This document shows positions 13,545 to 24,872 of a DNA stretch of 64,000 nucleotides, in pieces. The position numbers and the translations under genes are program-made. The stretch comes from Phoronis australis. Lineage: Eukaryota; Animalia; Phoronida. Location: contig NMRA01000453.1 in NCBI GenBank assembly GCA_002633005.1, forward strand, positions 124,001 to 188,000. Direction: 5' to 3'. The notes beneath the pieces are model-generated. The model worked only from the letters and a program-made list of their open reading frames with translations. It ran no database searches and was not told the DNA's origin. Position 1 is the first letter of the stretch; every line of letters begins with the position of its first letter.

Positions 13545-15430
13545 GGCGCATTTTACCGTCATCCTCATCCGCCTCTTCCACTGGCGTCTAGCCACCAGCG
13601 TCCACTGCTGTATTTCAAAAATCCTTGTATGTGATGGATAATCGTGAAATTTGCAGACATGTCCTATTTTGGAAGGATTCGACTATCACGGTGCCCCTTG
13701 GCGACAATTTCGTTATTTTACGTTTGCCTCGGTGCCATCAGGGTTCCTTGACGGATTTTCATGAAATTTAAGAAATAGATATTCATTAAGGAGATATTGA
13801 TGCCTTCTTGTTTTGTGATGGAGTTTACCTATTCTGCGTCACCTAGTGACCATTTTTACAGTTTATAGGTTTTTGACGTCCGCTTCGCTATCCGTCAAAC
13901 CATGCACCGAAAGAATTATAAAAAATAGCAGATGCCTTGTTTTCCAGCTGAGAAGAGCACGGTTGACGTAAATTTTTGCACAGGCTCCGACTACTGAAAC
14001 ACAAGAGCAACGCAGAGCGTTGAAATGCGCCCACAATTGCACCGCATACGGTATCCTTCTAGGGTTGTTTATTGGTACCATAAAGTGGCCAGTAGAGGGC
14101 ATATATGTAGTATGTTGTACTTAGCAAAATGGAAAGGCATGGTCATTGTCTCCTCAATAGGCTAGGGGCAAAATGTGAGTAATCTTCATAATACAAGCAC
14201 ATCCTATACACCAGTTGCTTAAAGCACCACAGAAACATAGAATTAAAAACAAATTTACCAACATACGAGATTAGCACAGCATTAGAATGCCAGAAACAAA
14301 TTTCTACTTGGAACTTTTCCTTCANNNNNNNNNNNNNNNNNNNNNNNNNNNNNNNNNNNNNNNNNNNNNNNNNNNNNNNNNNNNNNNNNNNNNNNNNNNN
14401 NNNNNNNNNNNNNNNNNNNNNNNNNNNNNNNNCTTTGAGCGGTTTGGTTGATAGAGGGGTGGACGCACAAAAACAGACTCGAAAACACTAAAAATGGCCA
14501 CTAGGTGGCGCAAACTATGTCGAATCCATCTGAAAACGGCAGGATAGCGTCATCTCACTAATAGGTGCCTACATACCAAATTTCATGAAAATCCGTTCAG
14601 GACTTTTGAAGATACAAAGGTAAGCGTAAAAAACTAAAATTGCCACTAGGGGGCACACCGGTAGTCGGATCCGTCTGAAAGTTCGCACATGCCGTCCCAT
14701 TCATAAATGGAACATATGTGCCAAATTTCATGAACGTATGTCAAAGGGCTTTGGAGATAGAGCAGCGGACGCCGGACGCCGGACGCCGCCCGGACGGACG
14801 GACGGACGGACGGACGGACGGACAGAGATGACGGCATAATGCGTCCACATATAAATATGTGGGCGCATAACAAGTCCTAGTGGCAGCTCTGCATTTTGCG
14901 TTGCCGCTGTTTCTCCCAAGCCCCTTGCAGGAATATTTTGCTAAATCGCAACTGTATTTTTATCCTCGTGCCAACTAATGATAACGACGACTATCGGGCG
15001 AATTTGTACCCTAGTAACAATTCTAGTCTATTTGCGTCTCCTCTATATCTTCGGATTTCCTTGTGCGATTTTCGTGAAATTTGGCAAGTAGTTTCTAATA
15101 AGAAGGCAACGAGAACCGCTCTTTCTATTTGCCTAGTGTCCATTTTCACCCTTTTCAAGTCTGTTTTGGCGTCCGCCAACGGTCTCTATAGGCCAAACCA
15201 CTCGAAGGATCATTATTAAAACTGGCATACGTTTTCCTGTTGGGAAGAACACAGCTGACGATGATTTTGGAATGTGCCTGACTGCTGTAGTGCCCCTAGT
15301 GACAATTTTGGTTTTTGCCTATCGGGTCAATATGTACCTAGTTCCTTAGCGGATCTTCATGAAATTTGATATGATTTTCTACTGAGAAGATTGCATGACT
15401 GTCTTGAATTTTGGGACAAGTCCGTCCAGT
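13545..15430 (+). mobile_element. Old, diverged relative of HINE family A, interrupted by a younger copy (14001-14870)
   Basis: Degenerate versions of family A core repeats (gcgtccactgctgtat, ttttcatgaaattt, cctagtg(g/a)c) on both sides of the insertion. Confidence 0.55.
14001..14870 (-). mobile_element. Helentron-associated non-autonomous element (HINE / DINE-1-like), family A
   Basis: Near-identical to 26351-27849 and 58560-59399; subTIR ATGCGCCCACA with adjacent partial IR, (GTCC)n microsatellite, core repeats, 3' subTIR plus CAACGC-TCT-GCGTTG hairpin; internal gap 14325-14432. Confidence 0.85.
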
Positions 15431-17039
15431 GACATGGTAACCTGTTACAGCTTATAAGTTAAATTTACAAACCTTAACTTGCAATAATCTTTGTTTAAGA
15501 TAGCTAGTATATATTTTGAAAACTTTAATACGTTAGATTTGTGGACTGTACATGGTCCTCAAAAATCCCTGTCTGACCGACATTTGAATGTTTTCTAAGA
15601 ACAAAATCCGTTTCATAAACAACGCTTTTCTAATAATGATCTTCAAAGAAATGTTGTTTGGTCGCGAAAAGGGAAGAACGCAAGCCAGAGTTACACTGTA
15701 CGTTCGTTGGTACCTCGGTTCACTGCAAACATACAAAAAACGTTCTGTGGTGCAATTGAACAATTTGCCAATAGTTCACAAAATTACAACACTACAATTC
15801 AAAATGTCTATAAGTGCACAAACGTCAAAATGCTAGTATGCAGCACTAAGTGCCTCTCAAACACGTTACAACGCTCAAATAGACCAGCAATCACGAGTAC
15901 AACGTTTGAATTACGTCAGTATACTTAGACCATTCTTTGCGGCGCCATTCACGACAATGAAGCTGTACTCATCGGTATTAATGGTAAAGTGAGAGTGAAT
16001 CGAAACTGGTGCGATAGACCCTCATATGTACGTACATGGCAAAATACACACAATCTCACATATGCAAAGTACCATTGAAGGATAACGTCACGTGGGAAAA
16101 GAGACGCGGTAGAAAGTAGAAGTCGCGTCACCAACACAAAGCCGCCAACAGATGGCGATCGAAACCAATAACAAAACTGAATTCGCACTGAGTGCGTCTG
16201 TACTTTTATGCTGTTTTTGGAATTCACCGGAAAAAGGCATCGGTATTTTTATCTTTATAAAAACCGTCTTTGTATGTTGGCACTTGCATTACAAAACCAC
16301 CAGGAATATTGAATTTGTCAATTCACAACTAACGGTCTCAAAGTTTTTCAAACTGCAATCCTTGGATGGAAATCAATGGTATTTTTTCGATGGGCCTACA
16401 CTTTCACATTTTGGTTGTTTAAGCCATGTGTCTTGACGACGTAGTTCTTCATATGATTTCACGACCAATATGAAACTTTATTTACTTCCCTTTGTGAATG
16501 GTTGACTGTGTCAGTTTTACAGCGGAGCAAATAAGCAATTGAAACGGGCCATCCCTCCAAGAGAGGAACCAATCTGAAGGGGACTCCTTAATATGAAAGA
16601 CTTTACCATAAAAGATCCGGAAAAGAATAACAGTTGAATCCATCATCGAGAGACTTCCAAGTGGTGGAATTCACATGAACCGAAAAAAGTGTCAATTGAC
16701 TTCATCGCATTTTAATTTCAGTCCGTCCGTCAGAGGGTAGGGCCTACGTAGAAAAACAAGAAAATGGTGGCCCCTCACAGAACTGAGGGCCCCCAAATAT
16801 GAATGCATAAATTTCGAAGTCGGGAAATGAGCAATAGTTGGTCATAACTGTCAAATTCTTAAGTTTCATTAAGAACAGAAAAAAACGGCGACAGATGGCT
16901 TGACGGACCTTGACACTAAAGAGAGGGGCCGGTCCCCGGAAAAATGCAAAGCTTATATTCACTAACATTTCCTTCAATTTGGTATGTATAATCTGTGTAT
17001 TGCAATTTTCTCGTATTTTTTCAAAGTATGCATGTACAC

Positions 17040-18780
17040 CCCGGCCAACCCACAATCGAGAACGCCCGGAAGGCGATCGAGAACGAAATTTGGCAAGAGA
17101 AGCGAAGCCAGGCAAGGTGAGTAAATTTGATGAATTTTCGTTCTTTTTATTTAATTTAAGAAAACAAAAACATGGGTTCAAGGCGTAACACATTGAGGAA
17201 GGGCAGGTAGAGGTTTAGTCTAGTGTCTCTTCCAATTATTGGAGAAAAGTTACGTTGTTCGAGGCATCGCATGAGCCGAAGATGATTTGTATGTCATTTA
17301 GGCAAATTGCAGTTATTTTTGGCATTAAATCAATAAATTGACCATGAAGTTACGAAGAAATGACATGTGAAAATATAACGCAACGCTTGTTTTTTGTGGT
17401 TTTGTCAGGATCTCTGATTTTTCGACACTTTTCTGTTGAAAGATGCGATCGAGAACGCAGAGATAAGCGCTATGACACTTAGTATGGCCATTTCAATCTA
17501 CCTAAACACTGCAAAAACGCACTGGTTCTGTTAAAGATCCTCTTGAAATAACACAAATATAGAAAGAAATTTGAGGAAAAAAGGTTCAAAACAAAACGTC
17601 AAAATACTATCACATCAGACAACTGACAACCATAAACTCTGTAAATCTGAAATATAGTGACTTTTAATTCACTATAGTGTTAAAACAACCTTCACCACTG
17701 GACTTCATGATTTCATTCATGACGTTTCTGCTTCTTATGCCTGTAGAAGGAGGCATAATGTTTGCATGACATGCCACATTCATCACAAAAAGGGTGTCCT
17801 CGTGCTGTGACGCAATGTGTCGCGTCAGGCTCACTCCGTGAAACAGATTGGACACTGAATTGACTTTGTTCCTGAGCACGATGCTTCATGTTGTGTTTTC
17901 CTATATCGGTAAAAAAACTTGACATAAAGTGCACCGCGTCAATCACAGGGCTTGAAGGTCTTGCTTGCTGTAGTGTCACTTTGCCCATGTGGTCATACTA
18001 AGTCGATTTCTTAGATCCTGAACGAAGCTCCACAACATACACACACCACCTTTGTGACATGCAGCAGATGTACTACTCTTTTTTGAAGGAGTGGACGTTA
18101 ACACCTTCAAAGACTCGTCGTGTGGCTACAGTTCAAGTGAAAAAAAAATCAAACGTATTCAGTTATGTTTGTTAGACTAAATCTCACAAAGAAATCATGA
18201 AAAAAACGATGAAATATAACTAATAATCAACCCATCAACTAATTTTGGGTCCGAAATAATCTAAAATTATTGACATAATCTGAACGTTACTTGAACGACT
18301 ATTTAGGCTAGTGCAGAGAAAAAAATGTGCGATCACGATCGCCATAGAGAATTGACGACTTCGTTTTCGATCGCCGTCTCACACAACGACCTGCTTGTAT
18401 TGGTAAATATCTCGAATTGTTTCACAAATCATAACTAACAAAGGTGTCACCAGGCATGAAACGTAACACGTCACTTAAGGACCCTGGAATTGCTAATACC
18501 AAGTAGAAATTGATTTGCGAGGCGCAAGGCATTTTACCGAAAGCCATTGCTTTCCGAGCTCTTTATGTAAAAAAAGCAAAAGTCAAGTAATATTTCAGAT
18601 CCACAACAAAGGGGCTACACTCTGACGCTTTTCGGTGTGTGGCATTCCTACCAAAGTAGCCTCTGTTTGAGAAGAAAAGGACGAAAGTCACCGGGTGCGT
18701 CACTGTCGTCTGCCATTTTTGGTGCAAGGTCTCGTTCTTTATCGCCTGCTGGCCGTTCTCGATCGCGGGTTGGGCGGGAT
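17040..18780. repeat. Pair of ~60-bp inverted repeats (17040-17100 and 18720-18780) flanking the zinc-finger remnant
   Basis: ccggccaacccacaatcgagaacgcccggaaggcgatcgagaacgaaatttggc versus the reverse complement cccgcccaacccgcgatcgagaacggccagcaggcgataaagaacgagaccttgc. Confidence 0.75.
17713..18716 (-). pseudogene. Decayed two-exon C2H2 zinc-finger gene (about 4 fingers)
   Basis: Intact last finger FCDECGMSCKHYASFYRHKKQKRHE*; frameshifted fingers QCPICFTE/SLTRHIASQH and CVCCGASF/KKST*YDHMGKV; putative exon 1 MADDSDAPGDFRPFLLKQRLL (ATG 18716, GT 18651) and TAG acceptor at 18128-18126; stops and frameshifts present. Confidence 0.55.
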
Positions 18781-19112
18781 GATGTAGGCGCAGCAGATAG
18801 TTTTGTGTTCATCCTGTGTTCATTCTGTTCTACTGCTTTTCTGTGTGGCTTTTTATAGTCTGTCCCATTTAGGGTTGACCTAGTTTCCTCGAACAGTGCA
18901 GACATGTGGCAGTTACTGAGAGTCATAAGTGTTCAATAGTCTACAAGGTTCCAAGGTGGCAAGTGAGTTGTAGGCACAATTGACGTTTGTTTTTCTGCTT
19001 TCCTTGAAAACCTGAGTTTTGTTGTCGTTAGGCCGTACCTTGAATTGTATTCTTGTGTCTCAATAATGGTAAATCGATGTTTGTTATGACTCATTCTGTA
19101 CAAGTATAATAT

Positions 19113-19284
19113 GCAGAAAATTACGAGTCGTTACTGAACTTACTTGAGATGAAAGGCGACGTTTCTCAGTCCAGCTGATTTTCTCAACTCCGACCGAATC
19201 CACAAAGCCAGCAGAGGCTGGCGAAATGTTGCCTTCTCATCTCAAGAAAGTTCATTAACCGACGAACGCCTCATAATTTTCTGC
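19113..19284. repeat. Short foldback (imperfect palindrome), MITE-like
   Basis: gcagaaaattacgag...gaacttacttgagatgaaaggcgacgtttc pairs with gaaatgttgccttctcatctcaagaaagttca...ctcataattttctgc. Confidence 0.65.
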
Positions 19285-20455
19285 CCTCTCAATAATAGCC
19301 CTTGTTAATTATTGTACTCTTTTTGTATGTTTTATGTATATGTGTTTAGTTCAGTTTTGTCTTACCTCGTTATAGTGTTCCTTTTTTGATGTATATACCT
19401 ACAAGCTGTTTACTGACACGCGGTAAGTCCATTCGATGACACAGGCATATAGGAAATTTGTAAACAAGGTCTGAATACCGCTCATGTGCAATGGACTGGT
19501 GAGCAAAACAAGCATGTCGACCTAACGTCAACGTTTTTGACATCATTATTGTCAGACAGTGTTGTTTAACATGCAATAAACTAACGTACAACAAGCTTGT
19601 AGAGTATTGCCGGGTCCTCTTCTACCGTGTGCAGTAAATGCATAAACAGTGGGCTTTCAAGTTCGAAGAAAATGGGGTCCAATAACAAAAATGTTTTGGT
19701 CGGGGCCCACCACTTTAATTGACAGATATTCTATTAAATTTTCTCTTCTTTGCTCGTTCTGTGGTGTTTTTCTTTTCCGAGCCGACTGGCCTACGCCTTC
19801 GCCACCCCTGAGACGCCTGCACGTGCTCCCTGCGGCCTCCCGCATCCTACGGCGCTGTTTGAGCAATGGGACACTCAAGAAAATATGTCCGTTTAGTTGT
19901 TGTCACACAATATAACAAAATGTTTTCATTTGCTTATACATGAATCCCAGTATCTGGCACACCTTACCGCCCACTTCGAAAATGGTCACGTGTTACATTC
20001 CAGGATTAGTATAGGTTTCTTATGATGTTTCTATCTATCTAGTCCAGGTAACTTGCAGGGATTCAACGTGATGCCCCATATATGTAGAATACACTGGAAG
20101 AGTTTTTGTGTGGCCATAAATGACCCATAAACAACGTGTGGCCTCTGTATTACAGGTACTACCTTACAGTCGGAGATGCGTTAGGTGTGCTCAAGACGTT
20201 CACTACTCCGAAGGTTCACTGTTCCGAAGGTTGACCACTCCGATGGTTCACTACTCCGAAAATATCTAAAATTTAGAGTCGAGTGTAATTTTTATGCTTT
20301 TACTTGCAAAAATAAACCTACTTCGGTTATTAGATGCACTGAGTGGTGTACCTATATACCTAAAACAATGCCCATTTACTAAAATACTTTGTTTGGATTT
20401 CATGCGCAAATTGCGAAATTACCCGCATGTCTCAAGAATACAGAAAAATGAGTAC

Positions 20456-23148
20456 TAGTCGGTGGGCCAGATCTCATAGCGTTCATTCTTGTGAGTACTT
20501 TGGGGGGGGCAACCTAGTTTTTTCTATGTGGCTAGATAATATACCTATAAATCAAATTCCAAAAAGTTCCCACGTCTACACTTGCACATTTTTTTTAAAA
20601 AAGGTGTTTTTGTTGCACAAAATATGATGCACATTCCTGCCACTTGATAGCGCTTTTCTATTGAACTGACCAATCAGAGAGCCAGATTGTATTGTTGTGC
20701 TTAGTTACTTCAATATGGCTGCTCCCATGGAGTGTGATGCCTGTATAATTCAAGATTTATCAAACAGCACAACATTGTGATGTCAGAGCCTAAAGAAGCT
20801 TAGGAAAGCTTCCTGACGAAAGCTGATTGACTGTGGAACTCTGTAGATCAGTAGATCAAAAAGAATAAGAGGTGTCACAAACGTTTGTGCAGAAAACAGC
20901 TGCATGTCCTGGTAGCTTACACAGTATACTGCTGAGTGCTGTAGACTAGAAGACCAAGTGTCAGACCAAAAAATTGAAAGGACATAGAACGGCATAGCAA
21001 CGTTTCAAGGCACCAACAGTAGTACTAAAGCTGAAGTTGCTGAAAGTGATACAGAAAAATCAATTATACTTCCAAAATCTGAAACACCCAATTAACCTGA
21101 ACAAGATAGGAACATTCTGAAAATGAGTGCATCATTTGTTAGCAGGAAAAGTACATTATTAATATGGGCCACATTTCAAGAAAGAGAAAGAAGTATAGCT
21201 TTCAAAAACAGGTACGTGTTTTTGAAAAATACATCTTGGTGTTTTCCATGTGTGTTTCAGTATAATCGCCAGTTGTTTTTTAACTTGTTCAAGCCCCTTG
21301 GCTGCCTAGGCCTTAGACAATACTGCTGACCCAGTAGAGAAGATGATCATACCATAGGTACTCCATATGCTGGATACTTTTCGGCAAATTATGTTCCTAT
21401 AAGTTTAGAAGTACCGCGTAGAGAGATGCCTCTGAGGAGGTCGTTAATGTTTTCATTTGTTCCCAGTTTAAACAAATACTCCTGAAATCCTGTTTTTCGA
21501 ACACTCCATTCACTTGCCACATCGACACTGCTTGCGCTAACTGCCGCTAAGGGATAATCCTATGGCGTTATACTGTGGGTGTGATTTTAAAGCACATTAA
21601 GTCAAAAATTTTTGAGAAGGTTAAATGGAGTAGATGGTTGCAAACAACATGCCCAAGTGGCCGTCATCCCCTGCCGTAGTCTCAATTTTTGTAAACATTA
21701 ATTACTTAGGTAGCTGCAATGATAATTAAATTAATGTGCCTAAGTGGCCATCGTCGCCGTCGAAATTTGAGGACGATGGAAGCCACTGTCCATTTTGTCA
21801 AACGTCGATTACCTTAAGTGTAAATCGATTGACTATGGTTTGAGCATCTGATTTAAAAAAAATAAATTTCAATCACTGCACTGGTATATCAGCTGATTTA
21901 TTTTCAGTTGCATCAACTGATCTAATTATTAGACGATCAACATTATTAGGCTACAGATCAGACGGCATGTAAATTTTTTAGGCTGGTGGTGGATCAGTTC
22001 NNNNNNNNNNNNNNNNNNNNNNNNNNNNNNNNNNNNNNNNNNNNNNNNNNNNNNNNNNNNNNNNNNNNNNNNNNNNNNNNNNNNNNNNNNNNNNNNNNNN
22101 NNNNNNNNNNNNNNNNNNNNNNNNNNNNNNNNNNNNNNNNNNNNNNNNNNNNNNNNNNNNNNNNNNNNNNNNNNNNNNNNNNNNNNNNNNNNNNNNNNNN
22201 NNNNNNNNNNNNNNNNNNNNNNNNNNNNNNNNNNNNNNNNNNNNNNNNNNNNNNNNNNNNNNNNNNNNNNNNNNNNNNNNNNNNNNNNNNNNNNNNNNNN
22301 NNNNNNNNNNNNNNNNNNNNNNNNNNNNNNNNNNNNNNNNNNNNNNNNNNNNNNNNNNNNNNNNNNNNNNNNNNNNNNNNNNNNNNNNNNNNNNNNNNNN
22401 NNNNNNNNNNNNNNNNNNNNNNNNNNNNNNNNNNNNNNNNNNNNNNNNNNNNNNNNNNNNNNNNNNNNNNNNNNNNNNNNNNNNNNNNNNNNNNNNNNNN
22501 NNNNNNNNNNNNNNNNNNNNNNNNNNNNNNNNNNNNNNNNNNNNNNNNNNNNNNNNNNNNNNNNNNNNNNNNNNNNNNNNNNNNNNNNNNNNNNNNNNNN
22601 NNNNNNNNNNNNNNNNNNNNNNNNNNNNNNNNNNNNNNNNNNNNNNNNNNNNNNNNNNNNNNNNNNNNNNNNNNNNNNNNNNNNNNNNNNNNNNNNNNNN
22701 NNNNNNNNNNNNNNNNNNNNNNNNNNNNNNNNNNNNNNNNNNNNNNNNNNNNNNNNNNNNNNNNNNNNNNNNNNNNNNNNNNNNNNNNNNNNNNNNNNNN
22801 NNNNNNNNNNNNNNNNNNNNNNNNNNNNNNNNNNNNNNNNNNNNNNNNNNNNNNNNNNNNNNNNNNNNNNNNNNNNNNNNNNNNNNNNNNNNNNNNNNNN
22901 NNNNNNNNNNNNNNNNNNNNNNNNNNNNNNNNNNTTTTTACAAATATAAGTTTACTAAGCTCTTTGGTGATTATTAGGTAACTTCAAACTCAAATTTCTC
23001 AAAAATGTGCAACTTTATATGTGGGAACTTTTTAGATTTTAAAAACACTCTAATAAATGAATTAAAAAACACCAAAATAAAATTGCCCCCCTAAAGTACT
23101 CACAAAAACCATTATCTAGAGGCCCTACAAAATCTGGCCCACCGACTA
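20456..23148. mobile_element. Academ-like DNA transposon (non-autonomous or decayed) with long TIRs
   Basis: Perfect 17-bp terminal match TAGTCGGTGGGCCAGAT / ATCTGGCCCACCGACTA, extending imperfectly for ~140 bp; TAC on both flanks (3-bp TSD); TAG...CTA termini with a 3-bp TSD are described for Academ; interior has a 934-N gap. Confidence 0.7.
22001..22934. other. Assembly gap (others at 14325-14432, 47717-47791, 58785-58853, 62133-62441; single Ns at 1547 and 39088)
   Basis: Runs of N. Confidence 1.
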
Positions 23149-24872
23149 TACGCAATTGCATTTTTAAAAGAATAATAAGTAGGAATATTGATGAATTGTC
23201 AACCACCATAGATTCATCAAATCCCTGTCAAGATTGCATCACTTTACAGCGCGACTGGAAAGTTTAGATTCGCTGCACCTCAACCTCACCTTCCGGAACC
23301 AAGCGCACGGACGAGTCGAAACTTAATGTGTTTAGTAGGCTTCACGAAATCAGAGAGTCTCATTCGGTCTTCCGCTTTAGGTGGCCGTAGCCCTGAGTGT
23401 CCAGCGCCGCAGATGTTGTCCCTGCCTGAGAATGAGTCGTTAGTTATATTCAATAATACCGATTGGCAGTGATTGGAACTGAGCTCATTTGTAAACAATG
23501 TAACCAATGTTTTAAGAACCATACAACTCTTGGAAACCCTTTTTATGGTTACTAAATGGACACAAATACAATACTTTATTCATGTCAGTTCCGTCTCATC
23601 AGTAGACAATCAGAGTAATGAACTGTCGAGAGTTCTGGTTTAAGAATTATGGACATTCGAGGGTAGTGATCTTTCGAAGGTAGCGAACTTTCGACCTTTG
23701 GAGTAGTGAACTTTCGGAGTAGTGAATATTCGGAATAGTAACATGTAGGCCTAACCTTGGAAATCTTTTCCATCAAGTTTGTTGCTTGCATTAAGTCTGC
23801 GAGTCTATGCACCATTCACACTGAAAGCAGACTTTCTTCATGGACCATTGACGTTTTTATTTGATGTAGACCTACTTTTCCCTCAACGTGAACACACCCG
23901 TTGGGGATTTCTCGCTGGCAGTGCAAGAAAACGAGTAGTTCACTGTTTGTTTTTGAGCAACGACGGAGGACTGCCTGTGGTGAACTTACCGTTGGCGTGT
24001 TCTGAATTGAGAAGCGAAATATACACGTGTGCACGTCAACATGCCCGCATGTCAATCTACCAATCCGCAATCAAAGTGGACTCTGAATGAACAGCATATT
24101 TGACGATCACCGTTCAATTCGAATTTGAAAATGCCTGCTCTTTAGCGTACCTATGCTAGCAAGTAGACCAAAATAGCAGATAACACTTATTTTCAGCTGC
24201 TTTGTTTCTTGGTCGATTTTAAGTCATTCATACCGCACTACTGTCGGGAGGTCTCTCGCTAGCTTAGTTAAGTATAGACATTTATTTCTGGACTCTCTTG
24301 TTTCCGTATGGTGTAGCCACCACGCGCGTTCGATGCCCAGGAATAACATAAAGCCTCCTCTAATCGTCTGCACGTTTGATCGATCGAACCGCCTGAACCC
24401 CCCACCCCCCGGCGGCTACGGGCCTGGATTGCAACCTCTGATTGATTCAGGCAATTTGTTCCTCAGAGAAGCAATTCGAATATGTAAGGAGATTAAGCCA
24501 TAGTTAGAAATCTGGAGGTAGTAATACATTTTGTCAGTTTTAGTACGCAGTGCGAAACGTTCCAGTGGACCTGGGCTGTATCACTGCGTTTTCAAACGTA
24601 CGTCCGATGACACCTACAGCCAATTACGAGGGGAGTTCCCCCGAAGGACACTGAAAGATTACAGTGATATACCACATATAGGCGTCTGACCCCGAAGTTT
24701 TATCAGTAAGTGACGTAGCCAGTGATTTTATGCATTTATTAGTTACAGTAGTCAAGTGACTGACCAAGAGGACACGAGTACGTTTTTACTTGGACTGGCC
24801 GTTCGACCACCACGAAGTCTGGAATCCGGCTCATTACAAGAACACGTGACATTAGCAAGTGACGAAGATAAC

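Larger units (their letters stand above)
20195..24426 (+). mobile_element. Second, 5'-incomplete copy of the 1425-3607 element, split by a nested transposon
   Basis: 20195-20455 is collinear with ~1870-2090 and 23150-24375 with ~2090-3395; ends in GGCTACGGGCCTG (24426); shares inverted ACTACTCCGAAGG tandem units. Confidence 0.75.

Noticed and set aside
13160-13641. His/Thr- or Cys/Val-rich ORFs (e.g. 13208-13591)
   Set aside because: They are translations of a CA microsatellite, open in several frames on both strands.
19650-19720. Alternative right end of the zinc-finger element (ggggcccaccactttaa vs tggtggcccc at ~16764)
   Set aside because: The match is too short and there is no TTAA or other TSD on the left side; left unresolved.
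21986-22981. 331-aa ORF
   Set aside because: Almost entirely an N gap.
24756-24872. N-terminal extension of the dehydrogenase from a GTG start
   Set aside because: Non-ATG start in a eukaryote; the ATG at 24873 has good context and gives a normal 338-aa length.
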